Shown here piece by piece: positions 9,512 to 18,743 of a DNA stretch of 25,614 nt (the stretch's first letter is position 1; every line of letters starts with the position of its first letter). This DNA is from an uncultured Oligoflexus sp. (lineage in GTDB: Bacteria > Bdellovibrionota_B > Oligoflexia > Oligoflexales > Oligoflexaceae). The DNA is taken from the NCBI GenBank assembly GCA_964236955.1, contig CAXSGP010000064.1, positions 1 through 25,614 on the forward strand, read 5' to 3'. Below the pieces are notes generated by a model that had not been told where the DNA came from, ran no database searches, and worked only from the letters and a program-made list of their open reading frames with translations. The position numbers were made by a program, and so were the translations under genes.

Positions 9512-9878
9512 TGGGGTGTCGAACATTTTTAGGGTTTTGCAATGCCCCGACCTATGACGCTCTCACCAAGGCCAAGGGGGGCTTTAGCTGCCGACGGGAA
9601 ATGTTTCAAGCGGCAGTAGAGGCTGTGTCAATACAATTGGAATTCTTCTCAGGAAAAGGTGTTGCGACATGAAAAAGTCGATTTTCAGTGGGGGTTTCCG
9701 CAGGCTAATCTTTCGCGAAGCCATTTGCCACCAAAAGGCAGGGCGATCAGCTGAAACATTTTATCGGTACCGATTTTCGAGAGATCTCCGTTTGCGTTTG
9801 ACAAGGCTCACCGGGACGTAGGCTGAAGCAACCTTAGCAACAGATAGAATATCGATAGGCCTGTCCCGTAATTAATAA

Positions 9879-11066
9879 TCAATCATTCCTATGATCCCCG
9901 GCCCGAATCTCATTTCGGCCATTTCCTGAATTATTTCCACCGCGGACTCGATTGTCCCCAGATGCTTTGTCTTCATTTGTTACGACGTTGCCAAGCGCTG
10001 GGCCTAGATCCCGAATTTCTATGTCATCCAATAATGTCCCTCGCCCGTCTTGGGGATCGCCGGTTTCCGTAAAGGAGATTCTTGGCTTTGCTTCAGGACT
10101 CAGGACGACCATCGATACCCGAGTCCAGTCTTTTTCGCTTACATCGTGGGCAAAGAGGATTTGTGTGCCAAGGCTTGCCGTGAATGCTTGAAGACTTGTG
10201 CCACCCAGTCGAACCTTGTAATAAAAACTTATTTCATAGAAGTGCCCGGCATCAAGATTGAGATCCTGATAGACGGTGATGTTGTTGCCTGGAAATTTGT
10301 AATCCCCATTACAACTTGAGTCGAGTTCGATCCATTGACTGCCTTCGATTGCAATAAGCTCAGAGGTTGTAAAAGTCGATTGGGTCTCGATCAAATTCCG
10401 GCAGGTGGAAGCTTGATTGGCATTGATGGCCTTCCAGGAGGTTTGTCGCTCAGGCACTATAAATTGATTGGGCAGAAGGTTGCTGGAATCAAGTACATGT
10501 TCTTCAAAACCACCGTCCAGCGCAAAACTCACGGGTTTGTCGGCTTCATTGATGATCCAATCGGCTAGGATGTTTTGATTTTCATTACTCAGGACAATAG
10601 CAACGCTCTTATTTCTGGCTTCCACAGGCAGGGAAACAATCCAGGTATTTGGATTGAGGCCTGTCGTCGCAAACGAACGAAAGGCAATGGGGCGCCAGTT
10701 CGTGTTGTCGCCAAAGATGGTGTAGGCATTTGCAACAGTGAAGTTTAGGCTTTGGTTGTTCATACTGCTTGCTACGCACTTGGCTTCATCAGGTGAGCCT
10801 TCCACAAGCGTACAGGTCAGGGAGGCGCCACTAATCGCCGTTGGGGTAATCGCCGCATCAGGAATTACGGTTTCCTGAATGTCGCCCGTTACCGCGTGAG
10901 CCTGTTGCTGACCTTCCGGACTAACGACCGTTGCTTCAGGCGCACTATCGGTAACCTCAGCAGCAGAATGCACCAATTTTGCCCGAACGTTATTTCCATT
11001 TTGAAAGTCAGTTCCTTGACATGCGCAAAGGAGCACTGTGGCAATACCTAAGGTGTAGCGAATCAT
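9879..11066 (-). CDS. Lipoprotein with a C-terminal DUF642/galactose-binding-like beta-sandwich; function unknown (395 aa)
   Basis: ATG 11066 has GAGG upstream. Lipobox LCA-C, followed by a low-complexity linker. The C-terminal domain has DGGFE, AIEGSQWIELDS, VYQDLNLDAGHFYEISFYY and GTLLDDIEI. The tail is Gly/Asn-rich. Confidence 0.65.
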   Translation of the reverse strand: MIRYTLGIATVLLCACQGTDFQNGNNVRAKLVHSAAEVTDSAPEATVVSPEGQQQAHAVTGDIQETVIPDAAITPTAISGASLTCTLVEGSPDEAKCVASSMNNQSLNFTVANAYTIFGDNTNWRPIAFRSFATTGLNPNTWIVSLPVEARNKSVAIVLSNENQNILADWIINEADKPVSFALDGGFEEHVLDSSNLLPNQFIVPERQTSWKAINANQASTCRNLIETQSTFTTSELIAIEGSQWIELDSSCNGDYKFPGNNITVYQDLNLDAGHFYEISFYYKVRLGGTSLQAFTASLGTQILFAHDVSEKDWTRVSMVVLSPEAKPRISFTETGDPQDGRGTLLDDIEIRDLGPALGNVVTNEDKASGDNRVRGGNNSGNGRNEIRAGDHRND

Positions 11067-11285
11067 GAGCACCTCGATTGGATTCTAATTTTCATTTCGA
11101 CAGTTTTGAGTCGCAATTAAACAGTTGATATTCTAGCTTATAAAAACAGCGACTTAAGCGATGTTAATTGCGTGCATCTTGATCGCTATAAAGTTGATTA
11201 TCCACAAAATGCGTAACCATACAGGGAGGCAGGATTGAAGTCGGGGCACTGCTTTTTGAAGGGGCCAGTGAATTCAAGCGTTAAT

Positions 11286-11320
11286 AAGAGGCCTAAGCTA
11301 AATGACCGCTTCGGCCTCTT
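11286..11320 (-). terminator. Hairpin just after the malic enzyme stop codon
   Basis: AAGAGGCC-t-AAGC...GCTT-c-GGCCTCTT, 6 nt past the stop codon. The U-tract is weak. Confidence 0.5.
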
Positions 11321-11326
11321 CGGCGG

Positions 11327-12673
11327 TCAATGAATAGAATCTTTGGTCGCCTGCAAGGCGGTTCGGTAAGAATTCATATCCAAATGACGACGGGCCACCC
11401 CACTTTGAATCGCCGCTTCGGCAACGGCTGAGGCGACCACGGGCAATGCCCTTGGATCGATCGGTTTTGGAATGAGATAGTGAGTGCCATAGGAAAGGCG
11501 ACCCTCGCTATGGTAAATGGCCTGTACTTCTTCAGGAACCGGTGCGCGCGCGAGACCGGCGATTGCATAAGCGGCCGCTCGTTTCATCTCTTCATTGATA
11601 TGCGTCGCTGATACATCCAAAGCACCACGGAAGATGTAGGGAAATCCCAATACGTTGTTCACCTGGTTGGGATAATCACTTCGGCCCGTCGCGATAATAA
11701 CATCGCTTCGCACCTGATAGGCAGCGTCCGGCGTGATTTCGGGGTTTGGATTAGCCAAAGCAAAGACGATGGGGCGAGCCGCCATGCTGTGCAGCATGGC
11801 TGGAGTCATAAGACCGGCCTGGGACACACCGATGAAGACATCTGCGCCTTTCAGGGCATCTTCCAGCGTTCGCAGATGAGTTTCTCGAGCGAAGCGCGCC
11901 TTATATTCATTAAGATCCTGGCGGTGCTTGTGGATGACACCTTTCGTGTCACAGAGCATGATGTTTTCCCTCGGCACGCCAATAGTCAGAAGCATCTCGG
12001 CACAAGCGATCGCCGCAGCGCCGGCGCCGGAAAAAATGACAGTGATTTCTTCGACCCGGCGATCAGTCAAGTCCAGCGCATTGATCAATGCCGCGGTCGC
12101 GATGATGGCCGTGCCGTGCTGATCATCGTGGAAAACGGGGATGTTGCAACGGGCTTTGAGTTTTTCCTCGATATAAAAGCAATCGGGGGCTTTGATGTCT
12201 TCCAGATTGATTCCACCGAACGAAGGTTCCAAGGCCGCTACGATTTCGACGAATCGTTCTGGGTCGCTTTCCCTGATTTCCAGATCGAAAGAATCAAGAT
12301 GCGCAAACTTTTTGAAAAGCATCGATTTGCCTTCCATCACGGGCTTAGCTGCTTCCGGACCAATATCACCCAGACCCAGAACCGCCGTCCCGTTGGTGAT
12401 AACGGCGACGAGATTGCCGCGATTGGTGTAGCGGTAGGAAGCCTGAGGATCGAGTTCGATGGCTCGGCAGGGGCCGGCGACCCCCGGGGAATAGGCAAGC
12501 GAAAGGTCTTCCTGAGTATCGAGGCGCTTGGTTAGCACCGTTCCGATTTTCCCGCGCGGTTCAGCTTCGTGGTAGGCCAGGGAAAGAGCTTCATAATCCT
12601 TCCGCATAGAGTGCAGCACACCTGCTGCGTCTTTAGCCTGCTCGATAATCTTTTCAGCGTTGTGGTCAAGCAC
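11327..12673 (-). CDS. maeB: MaeB-type NAD(P)-dependent malic enzyme with no C-terminal phosphotransacetylase-like domain (~448 aa)
   Basis: Motifs [75 protein letters not shown] and [13 protein letters not shown] 12673 was chosen because AAGGAG lies 7 nt upstream; ATG 12607 is an alternative start. Confidence 0.93.
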   Translation of the reverse strand: MLDHNAEKIIEQAKDAAGVLHSMRKDYEALSLAYHEAEPRGKIGTVLTKRLDTQEDLSLAYSPGVAGPCRAIELDPQASYRYTNRGNLVAVITNGTAVLGLGDIGPEAAKPVMEGKSMLFKKFAHLDSFDLEIRESDPERFVEIVAALEPSFGGINLEDIKAPDCFYIEEKLKARCNIPVFHDDQHGTAIIATAALINALDLTDRRVEEITVIFSGAGAAAIACAEMLLTIGVPRENIMLCDTKGVIHKHRQDLNEYKARFARETHLRTLEDALKGADVFIGVSQAGLMTPAMLHSMAARPIVFALANPNPEITPDAAYQVRSDVIIATGRSDYPNQVNNVLGFPYIFRGALDVSATHINEEMKRAAAYAIAGLARAPVPEEVQAIYHSEGRLSYGTHYLIPKPIDPRALPVVASAVAEAAIQSGVARRHLDMNSYRTALQATKDSIH

Positions 12674-13300
12674 GTCTAAACTCCTTCTGTAACATTTTGG
12701 GCGAGCTGGCCGCTCAGGCTGTCCCGACTGCCAGCCCAATTCAAAGGGGCCCGCATTCCGGATTTTCTTCAGATTACCGCGTAGGCCTCCGAGATCCAGA
12801 TTTAATTCTTACTTTATGCAAAAAAGCTAAAAGTTCATTTGCAAACCCTTGCAGAGCTCGGCTTTCAAAAAGATAAAAATTTTGTATGGAACGGCGACGA
12901 AATTCCCTCAGGCTACGCTGACACCTACCGAATGGCAAGGATTGGTGGGGGGTGGATTTGATTTCCGGCCGATTCGCAGGAAATAACAAATTTTATAGGC
13001 GAATGTACGCAAGAGCATTAAATTATGGAATAATAGTCATTTTTTCAGATATTGACCAAAGTTTGCTGATACCAAAGCTTAAAATCCTGCAAGAGTGGTG
13101 CAAGAATTTATTTTCCTCGGTTTGAGGTTCTTTTGATTTGCGTATCGATTTTAAAGAGAACATGCATAGGCATAAAAATCTTTATAATCCAAGGGCTTAC
13201 AAGGTGATTTTAGATTCTTTCAAGAACCTGGACCATAAAGCCGATCTTAGCTTCAGGCCTGTGGTCGAGTGTGTTAATGCTAGAAATTCGGGGTAAAAAG

Positions 13301-14335
13301 ATGGCTTTTAAAAAGCGGCTGATAGCGAAGCCTTTAGTTTGTATTCCTCTCTTCCTCATCTGCCAATCCCTTAGCTCCTGCAAGCTTGATGATGCCGAGA
13401 CCCTAAGTCCAAAAAATGGTGCTAAAAATGCTGCCGAAAGCTCCAGTGCCTCCCAAACCGATAAACCGAAGCCTGGAGCGGAGAGTCCCGCAGCCTCGAC
13501 AACCGGTGGAGGGGGAGCGGGGGGAATCAATAGAGGAGCAGCATCCGGAGCTGTAAGTGGTTCAGCGGTTGGCGCTTCTGATCCCGCTACGGTTGCAACG
13601 GATCCTGGGGTCGTTGGCACCGATCCAGCGGAAGCCACGCCCACGGCCAAGCTTGATGCGACCGGTGGTACCGGTGGTCTGACCGGCGATTTGGAACTGA
13701 AATCGGCGAGTGGACTCAATTTTATTATGAATGCTCCGGCCGATGTGCATACGAGCGGCAAAGCTTACGGAGTCCTCGTGCTTCTACATGGCAGTACTGC
13801 AAGTAATTACCGCAATTTTGTCAAACTGATGGCAGACGTCGCCAAAGAACGGGATCTCATCCGCGTATCGGTGTTGGCTCCCAATGGTCAGGGCTGGAAT
13901 GAGGGAGGTGAGGTGGCGGCAGCGGATGCGCTGCACGCCTTGGTGCAGAATGAAATTCTGGCGAAGTATAATGTCGATAAAAGAAAAGTTCTGTTCTCAG
14001 GTCAGTCGAGTGGGGGCGGCTTTTTATCGACTAACTTTGTGCCCCAGCATGCCAAGGACTATCAAGGCGGCGCTTTTATGCAGTGCGGAGCCGCCTCACC
14101 GCGGGTGGCTTTTACTCCCGATGATGCGACCAAAGCCAAATTTAAGCTTCACTTTGAAATCACAACAGGGGATCCCATCTGGCCCGCAAGCCTGAAAGCC
14201 GCTTTAATCAAATATACCGCGGCTGGCATGCAATTTACCAAAGACGATACGAAACCTGGCGGCCACTGTGCCTTTGACCAACAGCAGGTGATCCGTGACC
14301 ATATTGATTTTATCCTGGGAACAGCCGCCCCCTGA
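13301..14335 (+). CDS. Lipoprotein alpha/beta-hydrolase (esterase-like) with a Gly/Ala/Ser/Thr/Pro-rich tether (344 aa)
   Basis: Lipobox LSS-C and a ~100-aa low-complexity linker. Oxyanion region VLLHG, nucleophile elbow GQSSGG, candidate Asp (TGD) and His (GGHC). The start could be a few codons upstream (13271 or 13277). Confidence 0.75.
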   Translation: MAFKKRLIAKPLVCIPLFLICQSLSSCKLDDAETLSPKNGAKNAAESSSASQTDKPKPGAESPAASTTGGGGAGGINRGAASGAVSGSAVGASDPATVATDPGVVGTDPAEATPTAKLDATGGTGGLTGDLELKSASGLNFIMNAPADVHTSGKAYGVLVLLHGSTASNYRNFVKLMADVAKERDLIRVSVLAPNGQGWNEGGEVAAADALHALVQNEILAKYNVDKRKVLFSGQSSGGGFLSTNFVPQHAKDYQGGAFMQCGAASPRVAFTPDDATKAKFKLHFEITTGDPIWPASLKAALIKYTAAGMQFTKDDTKPGGHCAFDQQQVIRDHIDFILGTAAP

Positions 14336-14339
14336 TCCT

Positions 14340-14729
14340 TCAATTCTTAAGACCGACCCTTAGTTCGCCGTCTTGCTTGACGACCAGCATTTTGTCGACC
14401 TTCATTTCGGTGCCGCATTTAAAGTCAACGTTATAAAGCGTCATTTCCGTGATCTTTAATTCAGTGTCTTTCACGCCAATCGGCATTTTATCGGGCTTCT
14501 TGACAATCTTTTCCACGGTACAATTACGAAATTTTCCGCTGGAAAGCGAGTCGCCCATCATAGGCAGGAGTATGGTCGCCTGTTGAGGGATCATGACTTT
14601 CTGCAGAGCCATGAAGTCTCCGGCAAAGAGAGCTTTGTAATAGGCCTGTATGATTTTTTCATGATCCGACGTGCAGGCGACCGCCAACCAGGCGAATAGT
14701 ATCGTAATGAGAACGCCAGATTTTTTCAC
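14340..14729 (-). CDS. Small lipoprotein, possibly NTF2-like/DUF4878-like (129 aa)
   Basis: GTG start with GGAG upstream. Lipobox AVA-C. The helical N-terminus EKIIQAYYKALFAGDF and terminal hairpin MLVVKQDGELRV resemble this class. Confidence 0.6.
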   Translation of the reverse strand: MKKSGVLITILFAWLAVACTSDHEKIIQAYYKALFAGDFMALQKVMIPQQATILLPMMGDSLSSGKFRNCTVEKIVKKPDKMPIGVKDTELKITEMTLYNVDFKCGTEMKVDKMLVVKQDGELRVGLKN

Positions 14730-15048
14730 AGGGAGCTCCGTGAATAGAGAAGTTAACTGTTCGCAATGATTCTCTCATAAGTGCGGCCCCGGTACTATAC
14801 CAAGGCTGTTTTTGCCCTCTTCCTTTCCCTTCAGGGGGGGTATGGGCAGGAGGAGCCGGAACGATTTCGCTGGCTGAAGAATTGAAAGATGGAAATTTGA
14901 TTTCCCGGAAATTCAATAGAATATCATTGCTGCGGAAGGCAAGCGCATTCATGCGGCTAGGATGGATTCGCCAGCCCCGCCCGACTGCGCTATTGACTGA
15001 CAGTTCGGCCGTTTGACAGCCTCCCCATGCGGTCTCAGGTTTTTTAAC

Positions 15049-15075
15049 TAAAGAAAGGGACACAGCAGCCGATAG
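15049..15075 (+). promoter_or_regulatory. Sigma-28 (FliA)-type promoter
   Basis: TAAA (15049-15052), N15, GCCGATAG (15068-15075): 11/12 match to TAAA-N15-GCCGATAA with exact spacing, 36 nt before the ATG at 15112. Confidence 0.7.
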
Positions 15076-15111
15076 GCGGCACGACGTCACTTTTTATTCG
15101 GCGGGCTGCCT

Positions 15112-16353
15112 ATGAGCTTCGATCGCTTTCTGATACTGGATAACAATGCCGGAAACGTGCTCTTTTTTGAAATGCTACTCAAAGAACTTGGGGTCGAAAG
15201 TGTGCAGACTTGTCCAACGGGTGACGACGCACTCATTCAGGCCGACAAGAATCACATACAGTTCTTCATCAGCGCCTGGGAATTGAATGGAATGTCAGGC
15301 ACCGTTTTCATACAGAAGATCAGGGCCAAGCGCAAAAGACTTTTTGCCCCCTGCCTTATCTATTCGAAACGCATGTCCATTGATGACGTAAACCTGACTC
15401 ACGAGCTGGGATTTCCCGATCTCATTGCAATGCCGTTTGAACGAGACAAAATCAAACTCCACATTCAATCGATCTTAGAGAACGAAGCGAAGCTCGATCC
15501 GACGGAAAAGTTGCTTAGAAAAATTGAGATGTATGGGCCGGATCAACCGATGGAAGCATTTAAACTCTTTAAGGAAAGCATGTTCAAGGAAGGTCCCCTC
15601 CAGACCCGCGCTTATCTCTCCGCAGCTCTTGTGCATATGAACCTTGGTAAATTTGACAAGGCCGAGAAATGCATCAGTGATGCGCTCAAGAATGAGCCGA
15701 AGTCGTCCCGGGGACTCCAGTTGCATGCGAAGCTTCTCAGTCGACTTGGCAAACACGATGAGGCTATCAGCTGTCTCGAGCAGCTGCATCTGCAATCCCC
15801 ACGAAACCTTGGCACCAAAATCAACCTTGGTTCAGCCTATCTCCAGGGCGACAGACTTGAAGATGCCAAACGAATATTTGGCGAAGTCTTGAAAGTGGAT
15901 AAGGACAATCAGGACTGTAAAGACCAGCTCGGCTGTATCGCTTTTAAGGAAGGTGATATCACCCTTGCCGAACAATTGATCGCCGAGACCGAAAATGGCA
16001 ACGAATTGGCTCGGATGTTTAATAACCTGGCGATATCCCTTGTCTCCAAAGGTGAATTTGAGAGAGGAATCGTCACCTACCTGAACGCAATGCGTCTACT
16101 TGCCGATAAAGCCCGACTCTATCTTCTGCATTTTAATCTCGGTCTTGCCTATAAGAAAAAAGGTGACCTTGAACTCAGCTTCAAGGCCTTTGCCGATAGC
16201 TATATTTCCGAACCCAGCTATGAAAAGGCCTATTCGGCCATTGCCCGCATGGCGCAGGAACTCAAGGCTCAAGGCAAACGTCCTGATAGCAAGCTGGTAG
16301 CCGAAATAAAATCGCTTCGACAAATGAATACGAATACCTCCCAGGCTTCCTAG
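15112..16353 (+). CDS. Atypical (pseudo-)receiver domain plus TPR-repeat protein (413 aa)
   Basis: The N-terminal region has a receiver pattern (FLILDNN, FFISAWELNGMSG, PCLIYS, IAMPF), followed by several TPR motifs (LGKFDKAEKCISDALKNEP, NLGSAYLQ, FNNLAISL, FNLGLAYKKKG). Confidence 0.85.
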   Translation: MSFDRFLILDNNAGNVLFFEMLLKELGVESVQTCPTGDDALIQADKNHIQFFISAWELNGMSGTVFIQKIRAKRKRLFAPCLIYSKRMSIDDVNLTHELGFPDLIAMPFERDKIKLHIQSILENEAKLDPTEKLLRKIEMYGPDQPMEAFKLFKESMFKEGPLQTRAYLSAALVHMNLGKFDKAEKCISDALKNEPKSSRGLQLHAKLLSRLGKHDEAISCLEQLHLQSPRNLGTKINLGSAYLQGDRLEDAKRIFGEVLKVDKDNQDCKDQLGCIAFKEGDITLAEQLIAETENGNELARMFNNLAISLVSKGEFERGIVTYLNAMRLLADKARLYLLHFNLGLAYKKKGDLELSFKAFADSYISEPSYEKAYSAIARMAQELKAQGKRPDSKLVAEIKSLRQMNTNTSQAS

Positions 16354-16383
16354 AAATCAGGAATGCCTGCGATTCAAAATAAA

Positions 16384-16417
16384 CGAAAGAGTCGATTCCT
16401 GTGAATCTGCTCTTTCG
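16384..16417. terminator. Likely bidirectional terminator between the convergent TPR and Hint ORFs
   Basis: CGAAAGAG..GATTC-ctgt-GAATC..CTCTTTCG, with an A-rich left flank and a T-rich right flank. Confidence 0.6.
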
Positions 16418-16444
16418 CTTTGTCGATTGAAACAAAAATTTGGG

Positions 16445-16890
16445 CTATTTTATCAGGCCGCTTTGTAATTTGGTCTGTATCATAAGGTCGCCCGTGGTGA
16501 TTCCATTGGCTACTAGATTGTGAGAATCGAGATCTTCATCAGGTGCCTCAATTTCAATATTCCAGACCACGGGACCGGCCTCGCCCGCGGCTTTCGGTAT
16601 TGGGTTCAGTTCGGAAATCGCCACGAAACGATCGTCGTCGAGCAAAATTTCATCGCCTACTTTCAGTTCATAGGCGGGTCTGATGCCTTGCCTGGTAATA
16701 AAGGGGTGTTTCCCCGTGGCTTTGATTGCGCGGTCGGCGATCTTGATTTCAATGAGTGGAAATGGTTCGGGACCGCGGGTCATTTTGCGAATGGGAAAGG
16801 CCTTCTTAAGCAGGGGATTCCATATCGTTTCGGAGCCACATCTCTAATGGCAAGATCAAACTTTCCCTGCCCTACAACGATCCACGCTGC
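16445..16890 (-). pseudogene. Hint (Hedgehog/intein) domain fragment, N-terminally disrupted
   Basis: ORF 16783-16445 has the block-B-like motif ATGKHPF, ELKVGDEI, VWNIEI and the C-terminal HNLVANGITTGD. The frame stays open for 20 more codons upstream (..ETIWNPLLKKAFPIRK) to a TAG at 16846. A different frame gives IVVGQGKFDLAIRDVAP (within 16890-16831). No N-terminal catalytic Cys motif or clear RBS is visible. Confidence 0.7.
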
Positions 16891-16921
16891 TTACCAGGCG
16901 GGGGACCGGGTCAGGAGGAGG

Positions 16922-16941
16922 CCTCCCCCGGCGAGGGGAGG
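16922..16941. other. GC-rich hairpin after the cytochrome operon (REP-like element or terminator)
   Basis: CCTCCCC-cggcga-GGGGAGG, 16 nt past the stop at 16958. There is no U-tract downstream on the minus strand. Confidence 0.4.
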
Positions 16942-16957
16942 AAATAAACATCGGCCT

Positions 16958-18721
16958 TTAGCGGGTGGGAGCGTTGGCTGTCATCCGCACGGCAACGTCG
17001 CTGGCCATGATCTGGCGCCGATTGCGGACGGAATCGTAGACTTCGAAATAGAGCCATCCATCAGATCGGAAGTGAGGGAATTGCGCAAACTGATTGGGAC
17101 CCATATGGGTGACAGTCGTGGTTTTTTGCGTCCAGAAATCATAGATAAATACATTGGAGGTTCCGGCATCCAGGAGTTTTTTAAAAGCTGCATCATCCGC
17201 GCTTTTAAAGCCAAGTGCTTGGAACTGATCGGGTTTTATATAGCTATAGGTAACCAGGAACCTATCGTCAAAGGAAAAGTTAGCCTTCAATCCATCGAGA
17301 CAGATTCTTGCCATCGGCTTTTTTTCGTAAGGCTCCGACTCGGAGGGGCGTTTAAGTTCATAAACGTTGTAGCCTTGGTGGCGACTGCCGTTTCCTTCCA
17401 CTCCCTGGCGCCGGCCCAGCAGGAGACGATTGGAAGGCGACATGCCCCAGTCAATTTCCCAGGGAGTTTGAAATATCTGGGGATCGCGTCTTATCCACTG
17501 CTGGCCATCATAAAGTATGGGATAGAGAAAAAGTTGGGATTCATCCTCATCCCGGTTGCTTCCCCTTCCTAAGCTTGCGCGTTCGGGGTTGCCCGAACCG
17601 GGGTCGCTATTAAACGATCCCGTCGCTGCAAGATAATCGCTACCATCAAGACTCGCTCCCACCGCCTGATAGAGGGGAATACGATGCGATTCCTGGACCG
17701 AACAGGCATCCTCCTGGAAAGTCACATGGGTGGTGTTTCGATCTTTAAGAAGACTCATCGTGCAGAGACCCGTAAGGTTGCCCTGAAACATGAAGGCTGA
17801 ATCATCGGGGAAAAACGCCGGATCATAGAAGGCATTGACTTTGATGATTCGCGTTGGATCCTCGCTCAGCAAAGTACTTTGCAGATCGATGATACCACTC
17901 GGATTGCCGCCATAGGCCACAAAACGGCCGTCAGCTGATGACCGTACCCAATAGGAGGTCTCCTGACTCGTTTCATAAAGGAGATGCATATGCGTGGCTG
18001 GATCCGCCTTCCAGTCTGCCGCATTCTCTAGAGTGCAAACCTCGGGGAAAATTTCTTTGCCATTTCGCTTTTGTTGAAAGCATCCGCCATCACTGCAAGC
18101 GAACATTCGCATGCCGTGTTCGACGTTTCGTGTTTGCCAGTTGTCTTTCGAAGCGGCGATGAGATGATCTTTAAATTCCGGACTAACGCTGGCTTCACAG
18201 CTACTTGGTCCCGGCTCGATATTGAGAATTTCGTCAAGGTGGGGCAGCCCGCCTTCATACCAGGCCCGGATGTCGGCAAATTGTGCTTCCGTAAGGGGCT
18301 GGCCGTTGAACGGCATTCTTGAGCTGTCCTTAAGATTTGCATTGATCCGCTCCACCTCTTGGTCATCGTAGGCGGAATGAAGCAGATTTTGAAATTCAGA
18401 GAGATGAAGGCCCGCCGCATAAAAGCCGAATTGATAGGCTGCGAACTCAGGCTTTTGATCGTCTTTAGTGTAGGCGATGCAATTAAGCTGCTGAAGAGGC
18501 GATTTACCGCCTTCGGGATTCATGCATTCTTTGACTCGCATGGCATTGGCGGCCCACCGAAGCATGGTTCTCCGTGAATTTACGGCATGACAGGAATTGC
18601 AACTGCCACTCGATTCCAGGCCAATCGTCGCTGCGGCCCTTTTTGCGACTTCCAGGGGCTGTTCGGCAAAGGAAGGGTGCCCCCAGGCCATGACCATAAT
18701 TCCCAATATCAAACGTTTCAT
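16958..18721 (-). CDS. Exported protein with an N-terminal class I cytochrome c-like domain and a C-terminal TolB-like beta-propeller; function unknown (587 aa)
   Basis: ATG 18721 has GAGGAG upstream and a Sec signal (MKRLILGIMVMAWGHPSFA). Heme motif CNSCH. Distal-Met-like segment RMPFNGQPLTEAQFADIRAWYEGGLP. Blade-like motifs SADGRFVAY, PAFFPDD, MSPSNRLL, FSFDDRFLV and PHFRSDGWLYF. Confidence 0.65.
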   Translation of the reverse strand: MKRLILGIMVMAWGHPSFAEQPLEVAKRAAATIGLESSGSCNSCHAVNSRRTMLRWAANAMRVKECMNPEGGKSPLQQLNCIAYTKDDQKPEFAAYQFGFYAAGLHLSEFQNLLHSAYDDQEVERINANLKDSSRMPFNGQPLTEAQFADIRAWYEGGLPHLDEILNIEPGPSSCEASVSPEFKDHLIAASKDNWQTRNVEHGMRMFACSDGGCFQQKRNGKEIFPEVCTLENAADWKADPATHMHLLYETSQETSYWVRSSADGRFVAYGGNPSGIIDLQSTLLSEDPTRIIKVNAFYDPAFFPDDSAFMFQGNLTGLCTMSLLKDRNTTHVTFQEDACSVQESHRIPLYQAVGASLDGSDYLAATGSFNSDPGSGNPERASLGRGSNRDEDESQLFLYPILYDGQQWIRRDPQIFQTPWEIDWGMSPSNRLLLGRRQGVEGNGSRHQGYNVYELKRPSESEPYEKKPMARICLDGLKANFSFDDRFLVTYSYIKPDQFQALGFKSADDAAFKKLLDAGTSNVFIYDFWTQKTTTVTHMGPNQFAQFPHFRSDGWLYFEVYDSVRNRRQIMASDVAVRMTANAPTR

Positions 18722-18743
18722 AATCAAATGCGTCTCCTCTGGC

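Noticed and set aside
11198..11206. Perfect DnaA box TTATCCACA (near-match also at 8142-8150)
   Set aside because: Isolated boxes with no cluster and no dnaA/dnaN context; not evidence of an origin.
11200..11326. Possible read-through or frameshift continuation of the malic enzyme into a PTA domain (PKRSFSLG after the stop)
   Set aside because: The sequence coincides with the terminator-like hairpin, the frame closes within ~45 codons, and there is no room before the next gene.
6824..12535. Antisense ORFs 6824-7486, 9160-9672 and 11789-12535
   Set aside because: They are shadows of the GH5, WYL and malic enzyme genes, with no independent coding evidence.
16520..17572. 350-aa plus-strand ORF spanning the Hint fragment and the end of the cytochrome gene
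   Set aside because: It is antisense to two motif-supported regions, has no recognisable domain or RBS, and is low-complexity across the GC hairpin.
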